Shown piece after piece: positions 17,661 to 27,387 of a DNA stretch of 56,543 bases; the first letter of the stretch is position 1; every line of letters starts with the position of its first letter. The notes under the pieces were generated by a model, which made no database searches, had not been told where the DNA came from, and saw nothing but the letters and a program-made list of their open reading frames with translations. The stretch is taken from contig JBBIHX010000005.1 in the NCBI GenBank assembly GCA_037446815.1, positions 1 through 56,543 of the forward strand. The letters run 5' to 3'. The position numbers and the translations under genes were made by a program. Origin of the DNA: Caldilineae bacterium (GTDB lineage Bacteria; Chloroflexota; Anaerolineae; DTLA01).

Positions 17661-18554
17661 ATGGTGCAGGTCATCAACGCGTTCACCGTGGACGTGGAGG
17701 AGTGGTATCAGGCCGAACTCATCCGCCAGCGGGGGCTGCCCGCGGAGCCGCGCGATCAGGTTGAGGAGGCGCTGCAACCGCTGCTGGACATGCTGGAGGA
17801 GACGGGGGTGCGCGCCACGTTCTTCGTCGTGGGCGAGGTGATGAAGAAGCACCCCGACCTGTTCCGCCGTATCCACGACCTGGGGCACGAAGTCGCGTGC
17901 CATGGCATGAGCCACCGGCCGCTATGGACCATGTCCGAGGCCGAATTGGAGCGCGAACTGGGCGAGTTCGCCGACCTCTACGACCGGGTTCTGGACGGGG
18001 GGCGGCCTGCGGGGTTCCGCGCGCCCACGTTCTCGCTGAATCAGGATACCCGCTGGGCGATTCCGGTGCTGCGGGAGTTCGGCTATGCCTACGATTCCAG
18101 CATCTTCCCGGCGCAGACGCCCTTGTACGGCGTGCCCGACGCACCTTTGTTCCCGTACCGCATCTCGGCGGCGGACGTGCGGCGGGAGGAGCCGCGAGGC
18201 CCACTGTGGGAGTTCCCCATGACCGTCTGCCAAGTGGCCGGGTTGCGCCTGCCGGTGTCCGGGGGCGCGTACCTGCGGCTGTGGCCCTATCGGCTTGTGC
18301 GCCGCTGTCTGCGCGACGTGAACCGAAGCCGGCCGTTCGTGGTGTACGTGCACCCGTGGGAACTGTACGAGGGCACGCCCAAGGTCAAGGGGCTGACCGC
18401 GCTGGAACATATGGCGACCTACTGGGGGCGCGCGGGGGGCTTGGGCAAGGTCCGCGCCCTGCTGCGCGATTTCGCCTTCGCGCCGATGCGGGAAGTGCTG
18501 CAGACGTGGGCCGCGAACGTGAACTCCAACGGCAGGGAGGCGCATCGCTCATGA
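17661..18554 (+). CDS. CE4/NodB-type polysaccharide deacetylase (DUF3473-type subfamily)
   Basis: FTVDVEEWY, ATFFVVG, HEVACHGMSH, GFRAPTFS, YDSS, LPVSGGAYLR, YVHPWE. Confidence 0.9.
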   Translation: MVQVINAFTVDVEEWYQAELIRQRGLPAEPRDQVEEALQPLLDMLEETGVRATFFVVGEVMKKHPDLFRRIHDLGHEVACHGMSHRPLWTMSEAELERELGEFADLYDRVLDGGRPAGFRAPTFSLNQDTRWAIPVLREFGYAYDSSIFPAQTPLYGVPDAPLFPYRISAADVRREEPRGPLWEFPMTVCQVAGLRLPVSGGAYLRLWPYRLVRRCLRDVNRSRPFVVYVHPWELYEGTPKVKGLTALEHMATYWGRAGGLGKVRALLRDFAFAPMREVLQTWAANVNSNGREAHRS

Positions 18555-19789
18555 ACCGCTGGCTGCAGGCCCTGGTCATTCTGGCGCTGGTCGCCCTGGT
18601 CGTGTGGTGGGGCGTGGGCGTCTTCCGAATCACGAATAATCACGACTTTGACGTGTTCTATCGCGCGGCCGAGCGTCTTCGCACGGGCGAGAATATCTAT
18701 GCCGAAAGCGCGGCATTCCGACAGGCGTTGGAGAGCGGCCAATTCAACATGCAGGATGACAGCATCCAGTGGCCCTACGGCAACCCGCCGCTGCTGGCCA
18801 TCCTCACCGTGCCGCTGACCTATCTGCCCTACGACGTGGCGGCGGCCATCTGGACGGGCCTCACGACGCTGTTCCTGCTGGGCGCGTGCGCGGTGGTTCT
18901 GGCGGCCATCGGGCGGGTGGACTGGGTCGGCGCGGTGGTGGCGCTGGTGCTCTTGTACGCCTATTACCCGGCCACGGTGTGCTTGCGCCTGGGGCAGGTG
19001 GAGATTCTGCTCTTCCTGCTCATCGCGCTGAGTTTTCTGGCGCTGAAGCGGGGGCATGATGCGTGGGCCGGCGCGGCGCTGGGGGTGGCAACGGCCATCA
19101 AGTTCTTCCCGGGCGCGCTCATCCTGTTCCTGGCGTGGAAGCGGAAGTGGAAGGCCGCCGCATGGGGGCTGGGCGTGGGCGCTGCGGCGCTCGGGGCCAG
19201 CATCCTCATCGCCGGGCCTGATAACTTCGCGGCCTACACCGAGGCGTGGTCGGTTTACGCGGGCGGGGCGTTCAGCGCGTTCCCGCTGAATCAGTCGCTC
19301 AACGGGTTCTTCAGCCGCCTGTTCCGCCCCAACGTGTTCTGGCCGACGCTGCGAGGGCTGGAACTGCCGGGCCTGGCGACGGGCCTGTGGCTGGGGAGCG
19401 CGGCCATCCTAGGCGGGGCGCTGGCCTGGTTCACCCGCAAGCCGGTGGATGCTCGGTCGGCCCGGTTTGACATGGAGTTCGCGGCAGCCATCACGGTGCT
19501 CCTTCTGGCGCAGCCGCACTCGCAGGTGTACGCCTTCGTGTGGCTTCTGCTGCCGCTCATTGTGGTGGGTTGCCGCGCCGTAACGACCTACCCGTGGTCG
19601 TGGTTGGAGACCGGGACTCTGGTCATCGGCTATTTCATGTTGGGGAGGCAGTGGTTTCAGTTCCCGCCCATCCCCGTTCGGTTCGTTCGCTCGCATGTGA
19701 TGTTCGGGACATTGGTGCTGGCGGCGCTCATCTTCTACATCCTGTGGCGCAAGTTGCCCGCGCCGACGGCTCAAGGAGGGGAGACATGA
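18551..19789 (+). CDS. GT87 (DUF2029) GT-C glycosyltransferase
   Basis: HDFDVFYRAA..GENIY, YGNPPLLA, LGQV, AIKFFP, NQSLNG; ATGA overlap. Confidence 0.88.
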   Translation: MNRWLQALVILALVALVVWWGVGVFRITNNHDFDVFYRAAERLRTGENIYAESAAFRQALESGQFNMQDDSIQWPYGNPPLLAILTVPLTYLPYDVAAAIWTGLTTLFLLGACAVVLAAIGRVDWVGAVVALVLLYAYYPATVCLRLGQVEILLFLLIALSFLALKRGHDAWAGAALGVATAIKFFPGALILFLAWKRKWKAAAWGLGVGAAALGASILIAGPDNFAAYTEAWSVYAGGAFSAFPLNQSLNGFFSRLFRPNVFWPTLRGLELPGLATGLWLGSAAILGGALAWFTRKPVDARSARFDMEFAAAITVLLLAQPHSQVYAFVWLLLPLIVVGCRAVTTYPWSWLETGTLVIGYFMLGRQWFQFPPIPVRFVRSHVMFGTLVLAALIFYILWRKLPAPTAQGGET

Positions 19790-20184
19790 GCCTTGCTGCG
19801 AGGGTGTTGCTGATCGCGCTGGGCGTCGGAATACTGGTGTTCGTCGTCAACCTGGTGCGCACCCGCAGATTGAAAGAGGAGTACGCCATCCTGTGGCTGT
19901 TCACCGGCATCGTCCTGGTGCTGTTGCCGGTGGTCATTGATGTGCTGGATGCCATCTCGTTCGCGTTGGGCATCACGTACCCGCCCGCGTTCATCGGGCT
20001 GGTGGCGGCGGTGTGCATCCTGTTCATCCTGTTCCAGTTTTCCACCAGCATCTCGCGTTTCAGCGAACGGACGAAAGTCCTGGCGCAGGAGGTGGCGATT
20101 CTGAAGGAGCGCGTGCGGCGACTGGAGACGGAACTGGCCGAGGCGCGCGCGGGGCAACATCACGGCACGGGGGATACCGAATGA
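19786..20184 (+). CDS. DUF2304 small membrane protein (GacJ/Rv3632-like partner of GT2)
   Basis: VRTRRLKEEYAILW, LGITYPP, three TMs then coiled coil ISRFSERTKVLAQEVAIL. Confidence 0.88.
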   Translation: MSLAARVLLIALGVGILVFVVNLVRTRRLKEEYAILWLFTGIVLVLLPVVIDVLDAISFALGITYPPAFIGLVAAVCILFILFQFSTSISRFSERTKVLAQEVAILKERVRRLETELAEARAGQHHGTGDTE

Positions 20185-21839
20185 CCCATCGGACACCGCA
20201 GACAGCGCGAAACCGAGAATGGCTGTGGGTAGGGCTTCTCATCGTCCTGGCGTTCGTGGTGCGCCTGGCGCTCGTGCTCTTCGTTGACCGCGTGGTCTGG
20301 GGCGATGAGCCGTTCTACCTGTGGCTGGGCCGGAACTGGTTTGAGGGGCGCGGCTACTCGTTCACCGGCTACTCCGACGTGCACCACACGCCAGGGTATC
20401 CGTTCCTGAGCGCCGTCTTCTATCTCATCACGGGCAACCTGGAGATTGCTAGCGACATCTGCTACGTGCTGTTCGGCACGGCGCTCATGGTGCCCTTGTA
20501 CCTGCTGGCGCGGCGCATCTACAGCCGCGAGGCGGGGTACATCGCGCTCCTGCTGGCAGCGGTATTCCCCGCACTCACCGGCACGATTCTGTTCTGGGGG
20601 ACGATGACCGAGCCGCCGTACTACTTTTTCGCGTATGGGGCCATGTTCGCGCTCCTGGCGGGGATGGAGCGGCGGCGCGCCTGGGCGGTGTTGCTGGCGG
20701 GCCTGGCGGCGGGCGCGGCGTACATCGTCCGACCGGAGGGCATCGCGTACTTCGCCATCCTGCTGTTCTATCTGCTGGTCATCCGGCTTTTTGAGAAGCG
20801 CCTGTTCACACGGCGCGCGGCGCTGGAGATTCTGTGCCTTCTGGTGGGGTTTGCCCTCGTCTTCATGCCGTACATGATTTACGTCCGACTGGAGACGGGG
20901 GCCTGGATGGTCAGCGAGAAGGCGGGCGTAACCTTCGTTACCAGTTGGCGGCTGGCCTACGGCGATACGGCGGCCTTTGACAAGGCGACCTGGGGGCTGG
21001 ATTCCACGGGGCTGGAGGTGTTCTTCTTCTCGCGCGAGAGTTACCACGTGAGCATGGTGGAGGTCATCCTGCAAGACCCGATGGAGTTCGCGCGCCTGGT
21101 GTATCAGAACGTCCTGGCGCTCCTGTCGCAAGCGTTCTCGCCGCGCATGTTCCCGTACTTCTTCCTGCCGCTGGTGGGGCTGGCGCTGTTCGGCGAGGCG
21201 TGGAGCCGCGCGCGTGCCAAGCGAGAGTTGCTGCTCATCCTGTCGCTATTGCCGGTGATGGCGTTTCTCGTATTCTTTATCCAGGAGCGGTACATCGCGG
21301 CGCTGCTGCCCACGCTGATTCTGTGGCTGGCGGCGGGGTTGGTTCGGCTGGGCGAGTGGGTCGCGGGTACGGCGCGCTGGCTGTTCGGGGCTTCGGATGG
21401 TTCGCGGTGGCGACGCTGGGGCACGTGGCTTCCGACGCTGCTCATCGTCGCGATGCTCGTCGTGGCGTTGCCGCGCGTCATGAACAACACGGCACGCGGC
21501 TCGTTCCGATACGCCCACAAGACCGTCGGCCTGTGGATGAAGGACAACCTGGCGACGACGCGCGACACGGTCATCATGGCGCGCTATCCTGCCATCGCGT
21601 TCTACGCCGACGCGCAGTGGGAGCCGACGCCGAATGCCACGTGGCCCGAGGTGCTTCGCTACGCCCGGCACGTGGGCGCCGACTACTTCGTGCTGGATAG
21701 CCGAGAGGTGGACAAGTTGCGGCCGCAACTGGCCTTTCTGCTAGATGAATCGCAGACGCCGCCCGAACTGGAACGAGTGCACGTGGACACCAGCGAGGGC
21801 GCGCAGCTGGTAGTGTACCGAATCCGACCGAGTTCGTAA
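20181..21839 (+). CDS. GT-C fold membrane glycosyltransferase (ArnT/PMT_2-like)
   Basis: VWGDEPFYL, PGYPFL, WGTMTEP, YIVRPEG, QERY; C-terminal soluble domain; ATGA overlap. Confidence 0.85.
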   Translation: MTHRTPQTARNREWLWVGLLIVLAFVVRLALVLFVDRVVWGDEPFYLWLGRNWFEGRGYSFTGYSDVHHTPGYPFLSAVFYLITGNLEIASDICYVLFGTALMVPLYLLARRIYSREAGYIALLLAAVFPALTGTILFWGTMTEPPYYFFAYGAMFALLAGMERRRAWAVLLAGLAAGAAYIVRPEGIAYFAILLFYLLVIRLFEKRLFTRRAALEILCLLVGFALVFMPYMIYVRLETGAWMVSEKAGVTFVTSWRLAYGDTAAFDKATWGLDSTGLEVFFFSRESYHVSMVEVILQDPMEFARLVYQNVLALLSQAFSPRMFPYFFLPLVGLALFGEAWSRARAKRELLLILSLLPVMAFLVFFIQERYIAALLPTLILWLAAGLVRLGEWVAGTARWLFGASDGSRWRRWGTWLPTLLIVAMLVVALPRVMNNTARGSFRYAHKTVGLWMKDNLATTRDTVIMARYPAIAFYADAQWEPTPNATWPEVLRYARHVGADYFVLDSREVDKLRPQLAFLLDESQTPPELERVHVDTSEGAQLVVYRIRPSS

Positions 21840-21861
21840 TCGCACGCGGGAGACAGGATTT

Positions 21862-23454
21862 ATGGAATCGCTTCGCAAGATTGTTGTGCAGATACGGCAG
21901 GCGCTCGGCAAGGTGGGCGCGCGGCTCCGCTGGGAGGCGTGGGCTGTTGTGGCGTTCACCGTTGCGGGCGCGGCCCTGCGGCTGTGGGGGCTGGGCGCCG
22001 ACGGGCTGTGGCGCGACGAGGCCCAGGGGCTGTTCGTCGCCGCGAAGGCCTTCCCCGCGGGCATCTCGGGCGCGCTGGTCGCCGACGGCCATCCGCCGCT
22101 GTTTTTCTTCCTCATGCACTTCTGGGCGAAGGCGTGGGGCACGAACGAATTCGGGATTCGGCTCCTTCCGGCGCTGCTAGGCATCGCCACCATCCCGCTG
22201 CTGTACCTGGCGGGGCGCGATTTGTTCAACCGCTACGTGGGCGTGTTGGCGGCGGGCGTGGGAGCGTTCCTGCCGATGCACATCCTCGTCTCGCGGCAGG
22301 CGCGGATGTACACGCTGCTGCCGCTGCTGGTGGTCTTGTCCATCTGGACGCTGCACGACGCCACGCGGTACAACATGCGGCGGTACTGGGTGGGATGGGT
22401 GGTCTCGTCGGCGCTGATGATGTACAGCCACAACTGGGGCATCCTGGTATTCGCCGCCGAAAACCTGTATGTCGCATGGCACTGGCTGATGCGCGATCGG
22501 CGGGTTTCGCTGCTGGGCGCGTGGATGGCGTCGCTGGGCGGGGTGGGCCTGCTGTACCTGCCCTGGCTACCCACGCTCCTGGAGCAGTTCCGCATTCCGG
22601 GCATCGTCATGGGGCCGTGGGTGCGGAGCGAGAACTCGCCCCTGGGCCACTTCTGGCGCATCTTCAACGAGTTGACGTCCATGACATGGCCGGGCAGCCG
22701 ACCGTTCCCCTACATGCTCCTGCTGGCCATCGGGGCGCTGTCCTTCACCGTGTCCCGCAAGCGGCTTGCGGTTGCGTATGAGTTCGCCCCGGCCACCGAC
22801 CTGACCGTGCTGGCGCTGGCGTTTCCCATGGCCGTGGGGATTTTGGCGACGAGCAAGACCCAGGGGCTGATTCCGTCGTATGTGGCGATGGCGGTGTTCC
22901 CGCCACTGTGCTTCCTGTTCGCGCGGGCGATTTCGGGCCTGCGCCCGGCCTACGGGCTGATGGCACTGGCGGTCATCGCGCTGCTGTTCTGGTACACGCC
23001 GCTGCAGAACCTGTACGGCAAGCCCGTTTCGGCAATGCGGGAGATCGCGCAGTACGTCCAGGAGTCGGCGGGGCCTGACGATATCCTTATCATCGCGCCC
23101 GACTACCTCGCCACGCCGTTCAATTTTTACTTCGTGGGCGAGCAGGCGCAGGTGGCCTTCCCCCAACCGCCGGGCCGCGTGGAGGAGATCGTGTGGGAGG
23201 GCTGGCGCGACCGCTGGGAGAACGCCGAGGATGCGGTTGCGCCCACCCTGGATTTCACGGCGCATGGCGGCTCTCCAGGCGGCAGAATCTGGCTCATCGC
23301 GCCGATTGACATGTACCCGAACGACCCGTACTTCGGCCAGATTCGCACGCTGAAGGCCGAACTGGACGCGCAGTATGACTTAGTGGAGCACGAGGGCCGC
23401 TTCCGCAAGATGGCGACGGAAGGGGCGGACATCTTCGTGTATCGGCGACGTTGA
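21862..23454 (+). CDS. GT-C fold membrane glycosyltransferase (PMT_2/GT39-like)
   Basis: GLWRDEA, DGHPPLFF, NEFGIRLL, SRQARMY, MYSHNW, LYLPWLP. Confidence 0.87.
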   Translation: MESLRKIVVQIRQALGKVGARLRWEAWAVVAFTVAGAALRLWGLGADGLWRDEAQGLFVAAKAFPAGISGALVADGHPPLFFFLMHFWAKAWGTNEFGIRLLPALLGIATIPLLYLAGRDLFNRYVGVLAAGVGAFLPMHILVSRQARMYTLLPLLVVLSIWTLHDATRYNMRRYWVGWVVSSALMMYSHNWGILVFAAENLYVAWHWLMRDRRVSLLGAWMASLGGVGLLYLPWLPTLLEQFRIPGIVMGPWVRSENSPLGHFWRIFNELTSMTWPGSRPFPYMLLLAIGALSFTVSRKRLAVAYEFAPATDLTVLALAFPMAVGILATSKTQGLIPSYVAMAVFPPLCFLFARAISGLRPAYGLMALAVIALLFWYTPLQNLYGKPVSAMREIAQYVQESAGPDDILIIAPDYLATPFNFYFVGEQAQVAFPQPPGRVEEIVWEGWRDRWENAEDAVAPTLDFTAHGGSPGGRIWLIAPIDMYPNDPYFGQIRTLKAELDAQYDLVEHEGRFRKMATEGADIFVYRRR

Positions 23455-25130
23455 CAGAGCGACAGGCGAGGGGTTGCATCGTGTCTGCGGATGAACGCGC
23501 AAGGCGAAATGAATACCTGATGGTGGCGGGCATCGCGCTGCTGGCCCTGGCGGTGCGGGTGGCGCTCGTCCTGTGGGCCGACCGCGCCATCCGCTGGGAC
23601 GAGCCGGATTACCTGACGCTGGCCAAGAACCTGGCGACCGGCCGCGGCTTTTCGGTGGCGGGGCATGCGGAGTTGCACTACGCGCCGCTGTTCCCGCTGG
23701 CGGCGGCCGCGTTCTACCGCCTGCTGGGCGACCTAGAGGCGGCCAGCGACGCGGTGTACGTGTTGGCGGGCGCGGCGCTGATTGTCCCGTACTTCGCGTT
23801 GGCGCGGCGGCTGTTCGGCGGGCGCGTGGCCGCGGCGGCGAGCCTGCTGGTGGCGCTGTGCCCCGCGCTGAATGCGTCGGTGCTGTACTGGGGCACCATG
23901 ACCGAGCCGCTGTATCTGCTGTGCGTCTTCGCGGGCCTGTGGTTCCTGTGGAACGCCGCCGAGGGCAGCAGCGTGAGGCATGGCGTTGCGGCCGGGGTCT
24001 GCTTCGCGGCGGCCTATCTCACGCGGCCCGAAGGGAGTTTCTACGCCGCGCTGGGGGTGGCCGTGCTGGCCGTCGGCATCGTTGCGCGGCGGCAGGTGCG
24101 TTCGGGCAGGGCATGGGCGGCGCTGGGCGGGTTTGTCCTGGCCGCGTTGCTCGTGGCGCTCCCCTACCTCGTGTACATCCACGGGCAGACCGGCCGGTGG
24201 ATGGTGAGCGGAAAACTGGGCGTTACCTATGACATCGGGCGGGCGGTGCTGGCCCGCGACCCCGCCGAGTACGACCGCGTTACTGCCTCGCTGGACAGCA
24301 CAGGCCGCGAGATTATCTGGTACTCGCCGGAGCGATTCCAGCGCGACCTCGCGGACGAACTGGCCGCAAGCCCGCTCCAGGCGCTGCGGCGCGTGTGGGC
24401 CAACTTCCGCCTGCTGTTGGACGCCTGGTTTGGCATCACACTTTTCCCGACGCTGCTGCTGCTGTTTGTGGGGCTGGCCTGGTTCGGCGAGCCGTGGGAC
24501 AAGCGGCGCGCCGTTACGGAGTTGTACTGGGCGGCGGCCCTCGTTCCGCTGCTCATCGCATTCCTGCCCTTCCATGTGGAGATTCGCTTCTTCGCGCCGG
24601 CGCTGCCTATCGCGCTGGCCTGGGTGGGGCGGGGCGCCGTCCTCATGGGCGATTGGATGGGCGCCACCGCCCAGGCCTTGGCCCTGCGGCCGATTGCGAA
24701 GGGGCTGCGGCGCGCGCTGGCGGCGTTGCCCATCGTCGTCATCGCCGTGGCTTTCCTGGGGTTGACGGTGGTGGCCGTGGGCGAGGGTCGGCGCGGCACG
24801 GATTTCGGCCACCGCGAGGCCGGCCTTTGGCTCCAGCGCAACGCATCGCCCGGGAGCGTGGTCATGGCGCGGGATTTGGCCATTGCGCTGTACGCGGGCC
24901 TGGATTGGGTTCCCTCGCCGCGCGCCGAAATGCCCCAGTTTCTGGCCTACGCCCGCGCCCACGGCGTGGACTACATCGTGGTGGACGAGCGCGAGGTTAC
25001 CGTCATCCGCCCGCACCTGAGCGCCTTGCTGCACGGGGAGACGGCGCCGCCGGAACTCAAACTCGTGTACCAGTTCGCGGGCAACAAGGGCCGCACGCTG
25101 GTGTACGCGCTGCAGGGAGGCGTTCCATGA
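23451..25130 (+). CDS. GT-C fold membrane glycosyltransferase (ArnT/PMT_2-like), paralog of 20181-21839
   Basis: IRWDEPDYL, APLFPL, WGTMTEP, YLTRPEG, LDSTG; start TTG 23451 (overlapping upstream stop) or GTG 23481. Confidence 0.85.
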   Translation: MTERQARGCIVSADERARRNEYLMVAGIALLALAVRVALVLWADRAIRWDEPDYLTLAKNLATGRGFSVAGHAELHYAPLFPLAAAAFYRLLGDLEAASDAVYVLAGAALIVPYFALARRLFGGRVAAAASLLVALCPALNASVLYWGTMTEPLYLLCVFAGLWFLWNAAEGSSVRHGVAAGVCFAAAYLTRPEGSFYAALGVAVLAVGIVARRQVRSGRAWAALGGFVLAALLVALPYLVYIHGQTGRWMVSGKLGVTYDIGRAVLARDPAEYDRVTASLDSTGREIIWYSPERFQRDLADELAASPLQALRRVWANFRLLLDAWFGITLFPTLLLLFVGLAWFGEPWDKRRAVTELYWAAALVPLLIAFLPFHVEIRFFAPALPIALAWVGRGAVLMGDWMGATAQALALRPIAKGLRRALAALPIVVIAVAFLGLTVVAVGEGRRGTDFGHREAGLWLQRNASPGSVVMARDLAIALYAGLDWVPSPRAEMPQFLAYARAHGVDYIVVDEREVTVIRPHLSALLHGETAPPELKLVYQFAGNKGRTLVYALQGGVP

Positions 25131-26422
25131 GCCGCCGCGTGGTCTGCGTCAACCCGCCGAGCCTGGCCGGCACCACGGCCAACCGCGAGGGCGCGGGAGG
25201 CATGGGCAACGTGTATCCGGAGGCGGGCGCGTTCCTGTATCCGCCGCACACGCTGGCCACGGTGGCGGGGGCGTTGCGGGATGGTGGGCTGGAAGTCGCC
25301 GCGCGCGACTGCGTCCTGGAGCGGGATTCGGTGGAGCAGGCGGTGTCGTGGGTGGCGGCACAAGCGCCCGCGTGGGTTGTGGCGCAGGTCTCGTGGGCCA
25401 CGCGAGAGGCCGATGCGGCATTCCTTCGGGCGGCGCGCGCGGCATTGCCCCACACGCCTATCGTGGCCGTCGGCGCGTCGGTGTCGTGGATGGAAGACGC
25501 CCTGCGCACGGTTCCGGACATTGCCTGGCTCCACGGCGAGCCGGAGCGAACCCTGGGCCTGTTCCTGACGCTGTTCGGGACGGATGCGTCGCGGTGGCGC
25601 GGGCCGCTGTCGGTGTCCATGCTGCGCCAGCCCGGCATGCGGGCGGACGAGCCTTCGCTGGACAACCTGCCGCGCCCGGCGTGGGATCTCTTCCGCTGGC
25701 AGGGTTATGGGATGCTGTCGGTCGTGGGCAGCAAGGGATGCGATCATGCCTGCGCCTACTGCCCCTACATCGTCGCCCAGGGCAATCGCTTCCGCCCGCG
25801 CCCGGTGGACGAGGTGGTGGACGAGATGGCGCACCTGGCGCGGGCCTATCGCCCTGGGCGCGTGGTGTTTCGCGATCCGGTGTTTGCCCGCGACCGCGAC
25901 CGGGTCCTGGCGCTGTGCGAGGGGCTGGCGCGGCGCAAGGTGCGGCTGGCATGGGAGTGCGAGTCCCGCGCCGATGACCTGGACGCGGAACTGGTGCGGG
26001 CGATGGCGCGGGCGGGGTGCGTGGCGGTGAAGTTGGGCTTGGAGTCCGCCGACTCTGCGGTGCTTGCGGCGGTGCGGCGCGTGCGCGACACTGCCGCGGC
26101 GGAAGTGTACCGCGGGCGGGCGCTGGCGGCGGCTTCGGCCTGCGCGTCCCAGGGCGTCGCGCTACGGGTGTTCCTGCTGACGGGCCTGCCGCACGAGGAT
26201 GAATCGGCCATCGCCGAGACTGGGCGATTTGTGGCGGAGATGCGCCCGTCGGCGGTGCACGTCAAGGTTGTGGAGCGGTATCCGGGCACCTCCATGGATT
26301 GGGCGGTGCCCGCCGAGGAAGCGAAGCGCCACGCTGAGGTTCTGCGAACGGCATGGACGCCCACATCGGTTTCGGCGCGGCAGGGCCTCTTGGCGCGGAT
26401 TCGGGGGAGGCTCTCGCGGTGA
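25127..26422 (+). CDS. Radical SAM protein with divergent B12-binding-like N-domain (HpnJ-like)
   Basis: N-terminal VCVNPPS...GAGG...FLYPPHTLA; GEPE; GSKGCDHACAYCPY; FRDPVF, WECESRAD, LGLES; ATGA overlap after GGAGG. Confidence 0.85.
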   Translation: MSRRVVCVNPPSLAGTTANREGAGGMGNVYPEAGAFLYPPHTLATVAGALRDGGLEVAARDCVLERDSVEQAVSWVAAQAPAWVVAQVSWATREADAAFLRAARAALPHTPIVAVGASVSWMEDALRTVPDIAWLHGEPERTLGLFLTLFGTDASRWRGPLSVSMLRQPGMRADEPSLDNLPRPAWDLFRWQGYGMLSVVGSKGCDHACAYCPYIVAQGNRFRPRPVDEVVDEMAHLARAYRPGRVVFRDPVFARDRDRVLALCEGLARRKVRLAWECESRADDLDAELVRAMARAGCVAVKLGLESADSAVLAAVRRVRDTAAAEVYRGRALAAASACASQGVALRVFLLTGLPHEDESAIAETGRFVAEMRPSAVHVKVVERYPGTSMDWAVPAEEAKRHAEVLRTAWTPTSVSARQGLLARIRGRLSR

Positions 26423-27387
26423 AGGCATTGGTAACGGGCGTAACCGGGTTCATCGGGGGGCTTGTGTTGCGCGAATTGGTGGCCGAGGGCGTGCCGGTGC
26501 GCGCGCTGGTGCGGCCCGGGCACGATACGCAGTGGCTGGAGCAATTGGGCGCGGAGGTGGCCCACGGCGACCTGCGCGACCGCGATAGCCTTGCTGCTGC
26601 CCTGGAGGGGTGCGATACGCTGTTCCACGTGGCCGCCCTGTATTCCACCAACGAGGCCGACACCGCGCTCATGTACGAGACCAACGTGGTGGGTACCCGC
26701 AACATCCTACAGGCGGCGGCGGGGTTGCGCTACGCCCGCGTTGTCGTTACCAGCACCATCGGCACCATCGGCCGGCCCGCGGATGGGTCGCTGCCCGACG
26801 AAGACGTGGAATTCAACCTGTGGGATTCGTGCAGCCACTACGTGCGCTCCAAGTACCTGGCCGAACTCCTGGCGCTGAACATGGCCCGCGAGGGGTTGCC
26901 CGTGGTCGTCGTCAACCCCACATCGCCCATCGGCGCGGGGGACGTGAAGCCCTCGTCCAGCGGGCGGCGGGTGCTGGACGCGCTCCAGGGCAAGGTGCCC
27001 TCGTTTCCGCCGGGCGGGCTGAACCTGGTGGCCGCGGGCGACGTAGCGCGGGGGCACATTCTCGCGGCGCAACGGGGACAGCCCGGCCGCCGCTACATCC
27101 TGGGCAACGTGCACGGGAACATGACGCGCGATGAATTCATGCGCCTGGTGGGGGAGGTGGCGGGCGTTCGGGTGGCGCAGCCGCCTCGCCCGTCGCCGCT
27201 GCGCGCGGTGCGCCAGGCGCTGGCGGGCGGAGCGGTCGGGCGCAGGGGCTTCTTGCCGGCGGCGCTCACGTGCGATTGCCGCCGCGCGGTGCGGGAATTG
27301 GGCATGCCGCAGACACCGATTCGCCAAGCGCTGGCCGAGGCCGTGGACTGGTTTCGCCGGAACGGCTACGTGGAGGTAGGGCCATGA
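26419..27387 (+). CDS. NAD-dependent epimerase/reductase, HpnA/dihydroflavonol-reductase-like SDR
   Basis: GTG start; VTGVTGFIG, GDLRD, FHVAALY, NVVGTRN, YVRSKYLAE, VNPTSPIGAGDVKP, GHILAAQRG..GRRYILG. Confidence 0.88.
   Translation: MKALVTGVTGFIGGLVLRELVAEGVPVRALVRPGHDTQWLEQLGAEVAHGDLRDRDSLAAALEGCDTLFHVAALYSTNEADTALMYETNVVGTRNILQAAAGLRYARVVVTSTIGTIGRPADGSLPDEDVEFNLWDSCSHYVRSKYLAELLALNMAREGLPVVVVNPTSPIGAGDVKPSSSGRRVLDALQGKVPSFPPGGLNLVAAGDVARGHILAAQRGQPGRRYILGNVHGNMTRDEFMRLVGEVAGVRVAQPPRPSPLRAVRQALAGGAVGRRGFLPAALTCDCRRAVRELGMPQTPIRQALAEAVDWFRRNGYVEVGP

Noticed and set aside
25127..27387. Bona fide hopanoid biosynthesis locus (hpnJ/hpnA symbols)
   Set aside because: No shc, hpnCDE or hpnH in the window; the similarity is by-eye only, so symbols were not assigned.
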